A DNA stretch of 34,255 nucleotides from Octopus bimaculoides. Lineage: Eukaryota. The translations under genes and the position numbers were made by a program. The first letter of the stretch is position 1. Each line of letters starts with the position of its first letter. This document shows, piece by piece, positions 9,521 to 19,615 of this stretch. The DNA is taken from the NCBI RefSeq assembly GCF_001194135.2, contig NC_068994.1, forward strand, positions 57,637,297-57,671,551, given 5' to 3'. The notes beneath the pieces were generated by a model. The model saw only the letters and a program-made list of their open reading frames with translations. It did no database searches and was not told the DNA's origin.

Positions 9521-9819
9521 NNNNNNNNNNNNNNNNNNNNNNNNNNNNNNNNNNNNNNNNNNNNNNNNNNNNNNNNNNNNNNNNNNNNNNNNNNNNNNNN
9601 NNNNNNNNNNNNNNNNNNNNNNNNNNNNNNNNNNNNNNNNNNNNNNNNNNNNNNNNNNNNNNNNNNNNNNNNNNNNNNNNNNNNNNNNNNNNNNNNNNNN
9701 NNNNNNNNNNNNNNNNNNNNNNNNNNNNNNNNNNNNNNNNNNNNNNNNNNNNNNNNNNNNNNNNNNNNNNNNNNNNNNNNNNNNNNNNNNNNNNNNNNNN
9801 NNNNNNNNNNNNNNNNNNN
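9521..9819. other. Assembly gap (N) inside the TIR element
   Basis: N run. Confidence 1.
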
Positions 9820-10015
9820 CCGATACTTCAGACTTATCGTCCGATGAATTTACTTTGTTGACATTCTTCATCGACAGAATTTTTATTCCTTTCAACCTTT
9901 CAGTCAAGTCCGCCTTTCTTCCAGTAACATACTGTCCATATAATCTTAAATATTTCTTTAACTCAGGCACAGTAAGTACTTCGATAGCTGAATCATCAAG
10001 CTGCTTTATATCCAT
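9820..10015 (-). CDS. Transposon-borne ORF start with SAP DNA-binding domain (continues into gap; probably pseudogenic)
   Basis: MDIKQLDDSAIEVLTVPELKKYLRLYGQYVTGRKADLTERLKG fits the SAP pattern LtVxELKxxLxxxGxxxsGxKxxLxxRL. Confidence 0.75.
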
Positions 10016-10369
10016 GATAAGACGTAAAACAATAACAATGGCGTGGGTAGCCTCCGGAAGTTTAATTATCTACATGGAGCGCCGCCTAGCCAAGGGAGAT
10101 AACCTACTTATAGGAACGCCCTATAGCAGCAACATAAAAGCAATATTGTATCAGGTGTAACGTATAGGTTCTACTTCATGGTTTATAGTTTTATGTGTCA
10201 AGTTTTGTAATCCTGTTTAACGGGTCATCTGTCATAAGTTATATGTCATAGATCATATTTTTACGGGTCATTTGATCGATTATGAAATTCAAAGAGATTA
10301 TATTCAGATTGAACGTTATTTCAATTTGCAAGTTTCTACTTCAACATTATCCACTTAACAACAAACTAA

Positions 10370-10513
10370 ATGCATGCGCGCGCGCGCGTGTATGTGTGTG
10401 TGCGTGTGTGTGCTTGCGTTTGTGTGTGCATTTGTGTGAGTGTGTGTGTGTGTGTGGGTGTGTGCATTTGTGTGAGTGTGTGTGTGTGTAGGTGTGTGCG
10501 CGTGTGTGTATTT

Positions 10514-10559
<46 letters not shown>

Positions 10560-10600
10560 TTGTGTGTGTGCGCGCGCTTGTGTGTGTGTGTTTGTGTGTG
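10370..10600 (+). repeat. (TG)n microsatellite with CG interruptions
   Basis: Direct reading. Confidence 0.95.
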
Positions 10601-10603
10601 TGG

Positions 10604-10775
10604 AAGGCACATGACTTAGTGGTTAGGATATTCAGCTCGTGAACGTAAAGTCGTGAGTTCAATTCTTGAGTTTTATTTCGCATTGATCCATTCCACTCAG
10701 CTGGCAAAAATGTGCAGTACCAGTAATTCAAAGGGTCCAGCCTTGTCACATCCGGTGTCACACTGAATCTCCTTG
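10604..10775 (+). mobile_element. SINE family C head and core
   Basis: ggcacatgacttagtggttagg...gtgagttcaattc...tccactcagctggcaaaaatg. Confidence 0.75.
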
Positions 10776-10985
10776 AACTCTGTGTGTGTGTGTGTCCTCC
10801 ACCATCGCTTGACAACCAATGTTAGTGTGTTTACATCCCTGTAACTTAGCAGTTCGGCAAAAGTAACTGATAGAGTAAGTACTAGGCTTACAAAGAATAA
10901 GACCTGGGGTCGATTTGTTTGACTAAAGGCAGTGCTCCAGCATGGCCACAGTCAAATGACTTGAAACAAGTAAAAAAAAATAAAA
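10776..10985 (+). mobile_element. SINE family B (TG tract plus 3' module and A-rich tail)
   Basis: ccaccatcgcttgacaacc...tagagtaagtactaggcttacaaagaataagacctggggtcgatttgtttgactaaaggcagtgctccagcatggccacagtcaaatgac. Confidence 0.88.
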
Positions 10986-10994
10986 GAATTGCTT

Positions 10995-11163
10995 TTAATT
11001 AACCTTGCATTATCTCATGGCTTCAAGATTTCGATGATGTGATTATTTAGTTTAAGAATGACATTGTAGGGTAGGTGTGATAGGTCAGATCTGGTCAGTT
11101 CAAACATGGAATTGGCTGAAAATTTAGGCCGAATATGGCCCAGTTTAAATGCTGAAGATTTAA
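10995..11163. mobile_element. Probable half of a second, decayed piggyBac-type MITE
   Basis: It ends in tttaaatgctgaagatttaa, a degraded ...AAAGGG|TTAA terminus. The body was recognised from memory and no second terminus is visible. Confidence 0.35.
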
Positions 11164-11227
11164 AGTGATCTGAATAAAACCCTTTCTTCAAAATTTATGT
11201 TAAGCAATATTCCAAACACCAGCTTAA

Positions 11228-11451
11228 CCCTTTCGTTACCGTCTTTATTTTGAGATGCTTCTGTGTTTCTTTCAATTAATTTTGAATATAACAAAAGAAT
11301 TTTGTAAAATGACTTCGTTATCATTCAGCTAGTGTTAGGAACATAAATTGTGACTAAGGTTTGGTGGAAAATTTCAATTCAAAACTTATGAAAACAAGAC
11401 ATTTGTTCTACAGAGCCAGAACCGGTTTCAGCCGGGTTGGTCACGAAAGGG
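11228..11451. mobile_element. piggyBac-type MITE (224 bp)
   Basis: TTAA (11224-11227)|ccctttcgttacc ... ggtcacgaaaggg|TTAA (11452-11455). TIRs match at 12/13 with CCC termini. Confidence 0.9.
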
Positions 11452-12407
11452 TTAATATTAACCAGATTATTTCACTGAAATCTTCGTTAATTTTATTTAT
11501 AATTGAAACAGTGTATTTCAATCGAAATTTACTAACAGAAGTGGTTTAAATGTGTGCCGCTGTACCTAAGTTACAAATTTGTAATTAAAATAGAGACTGG
11601 ATGTAATTACTTATGACTCTCCTAACAGAACATACATATGAAATGGTGAGTCACATGTGGTTACATCAACACTTCTAAAATATCTAAAACACATGTTGTT
11701 TATCATCCAACTTTTAATTAGTCAGAAAAGAAAAGAAGGAGAAAAAGTATCTCACTTTATAAATTATAATTCAGTTTTATAATTAATTTGTAATTATATA
11801 GCAAAATGTTATTTCATTTTCCAATTTATTAATTTATGATTTATAAATTATAAATGAAACTACTAATTGCATTTTTTTTTTAATTATTATAAATATAATT
11901 AGATGAAAGTCATGACTTCTCAGATGAGTTGTGAAAGCCTGAATGGAATTGGATTAATGGTCAACACTCTTGGTTTGTTCTTCACAATCTCAGTAAATTT
12001 GGACAGTCGTTACTATTCTTAGTTTGGTCCAAATGAGCTTGGATGAAGCTTAGGTTAACTCAGCCAGAGTAAATTTGAACAAAGGTCATACCAGTCAGAT
12101 TTGCTTTGACAGCTCAAGTGGAATTAGTGAGAGGTTGGAGTAGTCGGCACCTCCCTCTCCACCCTCAGATTCTTTTCGAAGTGAAATATCGGTGAAGCTG
12201 TGACAGAACAGCAAAGCGCCTGTTTCAGTACTTTCGGCCACGTCTACCACATTCATTTCCCGCCATAGCCTCTAAACTAGACTAATAAAAACTACACCCG
12301 AACAAAAGAAGGGAAGTGGCGGGGAGATCTTCACGATGGAATCGGTAGATAGCTAGATCTGGCCTACACGTGATGGCGACTGTTCGACATAACTCCATAG
12401 GTCCGAA

Positions 12408-12860
12408 GGCTGCGAGGTGGCAGAATCGTTTGCACGCTGGACAAAATGCTTAGCGTGTCATCAAGTGCTCACAGCCCTCTGCCGATCAGGCAAAGCTGTG
12501 CGTATTCCACTACGGTGTTCTACAGATGATTAGTGCAAGGTAGGATCAAGGGTGTTCCCGGGCAAAATCAACTGGCTTCCCTGTTCGGGAGGACTTTCGG
12601 GCCGAGGCCCTTGGATTTGGCCTAGCAATGCTACCGAGAGGAGTGGAGAACTTTCCTGTAGTTCGGGATAAGCGCTACAGACCTGTTGATGCCTCAGTCG
12701 GGCATTTCGCCTGTCGCTATGTTCTGAGTTCAAATCCTGCCGAGGTCGACTTTACCTTTCATCCTTTCGGAGTCGATAAATTAAGTACCAGTGAAACACA
12801 GGAATCGATGTAATCGACTAGTCCCTTCCCCGAAAATTTCAAACCTTGTGTCTATAGTAG
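12408..12860 (+). mobile_element. SINE family A copy split by a ~246-bp insertion (12456-12701)
   Basis: The head gtggcagaatcgtttgcacgc...tgcttagcg stops at 12455. The family sequence resumes gcatttcgcctgtcgctatgttctgagttcaaatcc at 12702. Confidence 0.85.
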
Positions 12861-12989
12861 AAAAAATATCTCCAAAGGTCCGCATTCTACGAACGCGTAC
12901 AGAACGGTTTCGTCCATCTGCGAGCATCGAGGACGGGTCCGACTGAGGCATCAACATGTCTCGCTTATCCCGAACCACGGGAAAGTTCT
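12647..12989. repeat. Imperfect inverted repeat pair (12647-12701 / 12939-12989)
   Basis: agaactttcctgtagttcgggataagcgctacagacctgttgatgcctcagtcgg versus the reverse complement agaactttcccgtggttcgggataagcgagacatgttgatgcctcagtcgg. Confidence 0.88.
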
Positions 12990-13373
12990 NNNNNNNNNNN
13001 NNNNNNNNNNNNNNNNNNNNNNNNNNNNNNNNNNNNNNNNNNNNNNNNNNNNNNNNNNNNNNNNNNNNNNNNNNNNNNNNNNNNNNNNNNNNNNNNNNNN
13101 NNNNNNNNNNNNNNNNNNNNNNNNNNNNNNNNNNNNNNNNNNNNNNNNNNNNNNNNNNNNNNNNNNNNNNNNNNNNNNNNNNNNNNNNNNNNNNNNNNNN
13201 NNNNNNNNNNNNNNNNNNNNNNNNNNNNNNNNNNNNNNNNNNNNNNNNNNNNNNNNNNNNNNNNNNNNNNNNNNNNNNNNNNNNNNNNNNNNNNNNNNNN
13301 NNNNNNNNNNNNNNNNNNNNNNNNNNNNNNNNNNNNNNNNNNNNNNNNNNNNNNNNNNNNNNNNNNNNNNNNN
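12990..13373. other. Assembly gap (N)
   Basis: N run followed by (GGT)n. Confidence 1.
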
Positions 13374-13441
13374 GTGGTGGTGGGTGCCGTGGTGGTGGTG
13401 GTGGTGGTGGTGGTGGTGGCAGTGGTGGCGGTGGCGGTGGG
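13374..13441 (+). repeat. (GGT)n/(GGC)n microsatellite
   Basis: Direct reading. Confidence 0.95.
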
Positions 13442-13609
13442 AGTGATGTTTTGGTGTTTGTAAAACAAGGTTTTTGAAGAAACACAGAAGACTTGTGTTC
13501 TCTGTTCTTGTGACACGGAATACCAATCTACTGTCTGTTACTGTTCTTCTTGCGGCTTACTACTTCATAAAGGTCTGTAGTAAATAGAGCCATGGAAGAC
13601 AGTAAAGAA

Positions 13610-13680
13610 ACAAACAAACGAAAGAAAGGAGGGAAAAGCAGAGAAAGAAAGAAAGAAAGCAAGAAAGAAAGAAAGAAAGG
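13610..13680 (+). repeat. (GAAA)n low-complexity tract
   Basis: Direct reading. Confidence 0.85.
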
Positions 13681-13964
13681 CTGGGATTAAGAATGAAATT
13701 ATTTAAGATTGAGAGATCTTTTTGTTTATTTTGGGGGTTGTTTTGTCTTCCTCTTTTTCTCTGCTAAAATGTGAGAAAGATAAACAAACAACTGAAGACA
13801 ATGCAATGAGGGGACCACATCCCCTCCCCAACTACATAGACATACGACTTGCTAGAAATAACAAACAGCTCTCACTCAAATTTCTCTCTATCAATACCCA
13901 TTTATAGCTTTTTCTGTTGTCCCCTCCTCTCTTATTCCCCTCCTTGGGTCTACCTACATCAGGT

Positions 13965-14230
13965 TACAGAATAATCTGATGCTGGTACCACGAGAAAAAT
14001 GCACCCAGGACACTCTAAAGTGGCTGACGATTGAACCGGCACCCGGCCGTAGAAACCAACCCAAATGACACGGACGAAAACTTAGTCGTTGGGAGCAGTA
14101 ACGCCAAATGAGAAGTTACCTGAACCGTGACGACTTCTCCAACCCATGTCAGCACAGAGAGCAGACGTAAAATGATGACGACGACGACGATGACGATGAT
14201 GATGACGATGATGATGATGATGATGATGAT
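13965..14230 (+). mobile_element. Diverged SINE-like repeat with (GAC/GAT)n tail (RTE-type tail)
   Basis: ggcacccggccgtagaaacc resembles the ggcatccagccgtagaa motif of RTE-related SINE bodies (from memory). It ends gacgtaaaa(tga)n. Confidence 0.55.
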
Positions 14231-14329
14231 TAGCGATCTATATACATACTTTAGGTGTGTATATATTGAAAGCTTTCTTTCTTAATTGTGGTATTCGTGT
14301 TGACAAAGTACTTCTTATAGACGTATAGG

Positions 14330-14840
14330 CATCGCTGTATGGTAAAAAAAATCTGCTTCCCGACCACATGCCAGGTACCAATAAATATTCTGCTCAGTAC
14401 CACAGATTTGCTACTCACTTGTTTGATCTTAACCAGTTGAGCATGTCCCTTGGTGGCTGACGATATGTGCATCTCTGATCATGAGCAGAAGTAGTGGGGG
14501 AGCATCATAGCCATGTGTTGAGAGGAATTCTTTGGGGTTTGAATAATTCATCCCTGAAAACCTGGGTGTTTCGTTCAACATCCTTAAACAACCCTTATAC
14601 AGGGACCTTTTGAGCGGGATGGGATACTCGACCTGAAGAAAATTCTATCTGGGCCCCACTTACAAAGTCATGCACTGTTTATCTTGATATGAGGTCACCA
14701 TGTTGCACACATATGGTTGTGATGCATGTACCTGGTGTACCTTTATCAGACGGGTAGTCATGATGCGCATATTGGGTTTCGTATATTTGTACCCCAGCGT
14801 CACTTTGATGGCATGCGCTGCTCTCTCAATAATAATAATC
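14330..14840 (+). mobile_element. Long SINE-like element (family D) with (AAT)n tail
   Basis: The 5' end ggcatcgctgtatggtaa..tgcttcccgaccacatg is homologous to the family B head. A ~450-bp non-coding body follows and ends ctctctcaataataataat. Confidence 0.65.
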
Positions 14841-15032
14841 CTTTCTCATTAAGGCACAGGGCCTGAAATTTGGGGGGTGGGGACCAGTCGATTACATCGA
14901 CCCCAGTGTTTCACTGGTACTTATTTCATTAACCCCGAAAGGATGAAAGGCAAAGTCGACCTCAGCGGAACTTGAACTCAGAACTAAGTATTTCCGCCGG
15001 CGTGCTAACCATTCTACCAGCTCACCACCTTA
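14838..15032 (-). mobile_element. SINE family A copy
   Basis: ccccgaaaggatgaaaggcaaagtcgacctcagcggaacttgaactcagaac...ggcgtgctaaccattctaccagctcacc. Confidence 0.88.
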
Positions 15033-15751
15033 AATCTCTCACACGATCTGGTCACGATTTACATCGTATAAAGAGAGAAGGAGAGAGTTAAAGAGAGCTA
15101 TAAGAAGTGCCAGATGAGTACACATACTGTGCTTGGTGGCAGACAATGAGTGAAGAATCATAGAGACAGAGGAGGAGAGGGAGGAGGTGGAGAATGAGTA
15201 TAGACACACACATACATATATACAGAGAGAGAAGAAAGATTGTGTGTGTGTGTGTGTGCATGAAATGTCATAATATGAAATCAACACGAAGAGTAATTTT
15301 GTTGTCAATTATATTTTTAATTTTCGGATGTTTTTAATTAATTTTATTTAAAAGAAATAAATATTTTTCGTCTGAGAATTAGTATTTATTTCATCATTTC
15401 TTATGAGCACCAAGAAATTTGGTAAAACTTGAGTCATAATTATTGTATGGATGCCAAATTTTCTGATATTTACCGATGGTTACAAAAGTGAACTTCTAAA
15501 GTTCCCCCGTCATATGATTGGTACCACTCTCTTGTATAATCATAAGAGGGATTCGCTAATATTTTAGAGAACTTGTTTCAAAAGATGGTGACGATTTTCA
15601 GTTGGTCTGTGAGTGTTGATTCTCTCAGAATTGTTGCGTCTCTGGTATCCAGAGAAATAACCAAGTTGAGCTTTACGAAAATGCGTAAAAATATAAATTT
15701 CCGTAGACTCTTCGCTCGCTCGATTGAGAAGGAACCGGGCATCAGCCAGCG

Positions 15752-15864
<113 letters not shown>

Positions 15865-16845
15865 AGAAAAAGAGATAAAACGTTCTCAGTAAAAACATTT
15901 GAAAACTAATGTCTTTCTTGTTTGATTATGAAAGAAATCCTTTGTGATTTGGTTGTTTGTTAATCGCGATTGGAAAGGACGGTAGCATACGACGGGTCGT
16001 GTGCTGCATAGTGAGAGAGAGAAGGGGATAGTGGGAATTGGAGAAAAGGAAGGGGAGAGGTATGACGTCAAGAGGGTTTGTGGAATTAAATATGGATGTA
16101 TGTGTGTGAGCGCGCACGCGTGTGTGTGTATACATATAATCGCAAGGCTTACGTTTATGGGTCAAGGATGGTTATTCTTGGGGTTAATTTTCCTTTTGGA
16201 TGGTTGGGCGCGGTGGAAATGCAATTCAAGATTTTCCTGTGGTGGATCAAAATTTCCAGCCTTTCACTATTGCTTGAGTCATAGAATCTCAAAAATATAT
16301 AGTATTTTTTGTATATATCACAATTTTTCAATTATCACTTTCAAATTCCAAATGAAACTCGACAAAGTGGTGTCCTTATGCCTAGCTGGGTTTCTGATAC
16401 CATGTGTGTGTTGGTTATAATTCACTTTAAACGAATTTCCCGTTAAATAAGTATATTTGGTTGTTGCTGCAGTTACTGTTTATACCTCAATACGAGAGAC
16501 GACGAAACTGGATTTGCGTCTACCATCTGAGGGAAATGAAACCGGATTTATATAATTACAATGGAAATGTGAGCGAGGTACCAGGAAGACTGGAATTTTT
16601 TTTTTTTTTCAGCTGATGCAGAAGAGTGGCTAGGTGGCAGCAGTAGAATAATTTGCTTTAATCAAGTTTCTTTTCAGTTTTTTCTTTTTTTTTTTTTTTG
16701 TGGACGTATTTGCAAATATCTAAGTTTAATGTCATGGCGAAGACATTAAGTATTTACGTTTACCGTGACTATGACGTTTACGATGAATTTTTGAAATTCC
16801 GAAGTTTTCTCCCAACCAGTCTGTTTATCTGTTAGTTCAGTTGTA

Positions 16846-16880
16846 TAATAATAATGATGATAATAATAATAATAATGATG

Positions 16881-16936
<56 letters not shown>
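16846..16936 (+). repeat. (TAA)n microsatellite
   Basis: Direct reading, with a few TGA variants. Confidence 0.97.
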
Positions 16937-16937
<1 letters not shown>

Positions 16938-17157
16938 TATTCAGACAAATACATAACAAAAACACCAGGACTTACAAATATATATAACATACAGAAAATT
17001 GCACTACTGGGTACTGCACAAATTCTACGCAAAACACTTTCAATACAGTAAACATAAGAGCACCACAGCAAACCACAGCACATACCCAAGGCGCACAGAG
17101 CTGCGCTCGGTAGTGAAGTGAAAGCACGTTATCAAAATAAAACTACTGAACAATAAT
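16937..17157 (+). mobile_element. 5'-truncated 3' end of an R4/Dong-like LINE
   Basis: YSDKYITKTPGLTNIYNIQKIALLGTAQILRKTLSIQ* (stop 17049-17051) is an RLE-ORF C-terminus (Q..ALLGTA.ILRK.L). A ~100-nt 3'UTR follows and ends ctgaacaataat. Confidence 0.85.
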
Positions 17158-17256
17158 AAAAGGCTGTACTCAAGGAATGTTTCACTTTTCAAGAAGTTAA
17201 GTCTAATGTGCATTAGGTGTAATCTGTTAAATAATTCTTATTTGTGACACTGGTTT

Positions 17257-17398
17257 TCGAAGCACATAACATAAAGCTACAAATAGCGTGCAAATATTGG
17301 GTTGAAAACCCCTTAGGACAGAAAAAGTAGGAGGCTTTTCAACCCTATACTTACATCTTTACATGCTATTATTCATAGCTTTATGTGATGTGCTTCGA
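17257..17398. repeat. Fold-back (palindromic) element, 142 bp, MITE-like
   Basis: Outer arms tcgaagcacataacataaagcta / tagctttatgtgatgtgcttcga match at 22/23. Inner pairs are aatagcgtgcaaa/tttacatgctatt and gggttgaaaa/ttttcaaccc. Confidence 0.85.
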
Positions 17399-17423
17399 GA
17401 GTTAATGTTCCAGAAAAGAGTTC

Positions 17424-17458
<35 letters not shown>

Positions 17459-17561
17459 GTATCCATTATAGTACCGGTATATCACCTATATTTAAATAAT
17501 AATTGATGCAAGTCAATTGTTGTTCATCAATATTTCTCCATTTTCCATTCTTTAAATTTAT

Positions 17562-17612
<51 letters not shown>

Positions 17613-17639
17613 CATACATCAAAAATTATGTCAAATGTA

Positions 17640-18050
17640 AGCATAACAGGGCCGGATATTGCAGTTTGGGACAGAGGGGCAAAGGTACGTATCATCATAG
17701 AGGTCAACTGCCCTGCAGATATAAATATCTCTTTGAAAATCAAAGGAAAAGAGGAAATCTATGGACAGCTGCTTCGAAACTTCCAGCTTCTATATCCAAA
17801 CTATGAATTCATATTCATACCAATAATAATTGGGGCACTAGGCTTTGTTAGTAAATGCTTAAAGGAGAATCTGGATGAACTGGGATTTTCAGAAAGAGAA
17901 ATTGACCGGATAATTCGTACATTACGAGTGCAAGACTTTTCTCAAGTTCCAAATTTGTGAATTTATCTGTGTTAACTACATCCCAAAGATGGAGCTTTGT
18001 ATCTTTGCTGGAAACCGACTCCCTCCTCAGTGGAAGATTTATAATAATTA
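17640..18050 (+). mobile_element. RLE-endonuclease 3' end of a second R4/NeSL-like LINE lineage
   Basis: PDIAVWD...IIIEVNCPADINI..K..KEEIYGQLLR..QLLYPNYEF..IPIIIGALG (PD...E...K RLE motif), then CKTFLKF after a shift. The 3'UTR ends tataataat. Confidence 0.85.
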
Positions 18051-18134
18051 AAAAATAGAAGAAACATACATGCATACATACATACATACATACACACATA
18101 CATACTGTCCCGATTCCGTCTTTCAAATTCCGTT

Positions 18135-18235
18135 CCTGAAGTTGTAGAGGACACTTGTACAAGGTACCATGTAGTGATATCAAACTCAACACCGCATAGT
18201 TCCGAAGCAAGCCTTTAAACCACACAGCCATACCT
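18135..18235 (-). mobile_element. Diverged SINE family B head
   Basis: The reverse complement reads ggtatggctgtgtggtttaaaggcttgcttcgg...ggtaccttgtacaagtgtcctct. Confidence 0.65.
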
Positions 18236-18599
18236 CTTTATATCTCTAGGGTTACTAAACTTATTTGTGTTTTTTTTTATTCATTTATTTCTTCTGCTTT
18301 TTTTTAATTCTATCAGGTTCGTTGAAATGAATAGAAGTCAAGTGTTGTTTATTGATTTTATTGACTTTACACTTTCTTCCCCTAATAGCCGTGGCCTAAT
18401 GCCTATAACAGAAATCAATATTCACAACAGGATAACAACATCATTAGCAACTGGTGGTGAAGGTGATGGTGGGAGCATAGTCAAATATTGATTGTACCTT
18501 AAACACCAGTCGTTGCGTGAAGTGGGATATTTAAGATGTTATATGGAAGGGATAGCAGTTCTCACTCACACATACACAAACATACATATATGCATAAAA

Positions 18600-18690
18600 A
18601 CAAGTTGAAAGAAGCCCGTCGCATATAAATGTTTGTGCGTGTGTCTTTGTGCCTGTGTTGGTCCCCCCACTACCGCTTAACAACCGTTCT
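18600..18690 (+). mobile_element. SINE family B middle fragment
   Basis: gaaagaagcccgtcgcatata...gtgtctttgtgcctgtgttggtccccccactaccgcttaacaaccg. Confidence 0.75.
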
Positions 18691-18849
18691 GCCATTCTTT
18701 TCTGTCTGTGCTTAATATTGTATGTTTTTAACCGATGACGTTGTACCATCATATCACATGGCACTGTGAAAATACGATATCGTAATCTACCACAGATAGA
18801 CAGATAGCATTCTCTATCTGTTCCGGAAGTAGAAATATCTTGCCCGATT

Positions 18850-18867
18850 TTATTATTATTATTATTA

Positions 18868-18932
<65 letters not shown>
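18850..18932 (+). repeat. (TTA)n microsatellite
   Basis: Direct reading. Confidence 0.97.
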
Positions 18933-19049
18933 TATATACTCACAACAGATTAGACTGTTGCAAAAAAAAACAAGTTTTGGTTTATTGCGAAATATTTTTT
19001 CCATAACTGAGTGAAAAAAAAGTTGGTGAAATGTGGTGTAAAGTTGAGA

Positions 19050-19262
19050 ATTTACGGCAGTGAGACATGGAGCCTCTACTCCAGACAGGAGCGCCGTCTC
19101 AACGTCTTTCACCTTCCTAATTTGAGATGCATCTTGGATATCAAATGGACCGACCGCATCACCAACACTGAACTCTTCAGCCACGCCAAGAACCCAGCAT
19201 ACTCACCCTGCTCCAGCAGCGTCGTTTGCACTGGCTCGATCCTGTACATCATATGGTGCCGC
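19050..19262 (+). mobile_element. RTE/BovB-like LINE post-RT fragment
   Basis: IYGSETWSLYSRQERRLNVFHLPNLRCILDIKWTDRITNTELFSHA, then after a shift LLQQRRLHWLDPVHHM (a decayed RRLRWLGHV motif). Confidence 0.88.
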
Positions 19263-19444
19263 CAGAGTGGAATCAATATTATCGATAATGGCACGAAATT
19301 CCGTTTGACACCCTGGCCGATAACTGATGGGAAGTCCTTTTCCTTTCCTTTGTTTATTTCTATACGTTTTTTTAACTTCTGAAAATATTATTTTCGTAAC
19401 ATAACGCACTCTTTATTTCTTTTTTACACACACACACACATATA

Positions 19445-19615
19445 TATAGGACGGGATTCTTTCAATTTCCGCCTACCAAATCCACTCAGAAGCCTTTGGA
19501 CGGCTCGAAGCTATAGTAGACACCGCCCCAAGGTTCGGCGCAGTGGAACTGAACCCAAGACCGCACTGTTGAGAAGCCGAAGCCAGCTTCTTAACTACAC
19601 AACCACGACTGCGTC
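19445..19615 (-). mobile_element. SINE family B head and body
   Basis: gacgggattctttcaatttccgcctaccaaatccactc...cccaaggtt...gaactgaaccc...cttcttaactacacaaccacgactgcg. Confidence 0.75.

Larger units (their letters stand above)
9323..10123 (-). mobile_element. Internally deleted TIR DNA transposon carrying SAP and partial SWIM coding segments (ISL2EU/Harbinger-group or related; superfamily uncertain)
   Basis: Left end tatagggctttcctataag (9321-9339) matches the reverse complement of the right end, tatagggcgttcctataag (10107-10125), at 18/19. The IR extends imperfectly to about 30 bp. A 2-bp TSD can be read as AT or TA. Confidence 0.8.

Noticed and set aside
11740-11900. Very AT-rich stretch with short palindromes
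   Set aside because: It is low-complexity sequence in which short AT palindromes are expected by chance.
16352-16420. MKLDKVVSLCLAGFLIPCVCWL resembles a signal peptide
   Set aside because: It stops after 22 codons, has no convincing splice donor and no downstream exon can be identified.
18700-18850. Minus-strand reading after (TAA)n (KIGQDISTSGTDRECYLSICGRLRY...) as another R4-like fragment
   Set aside because: I could not find any diagnostic RT or RLE motif.
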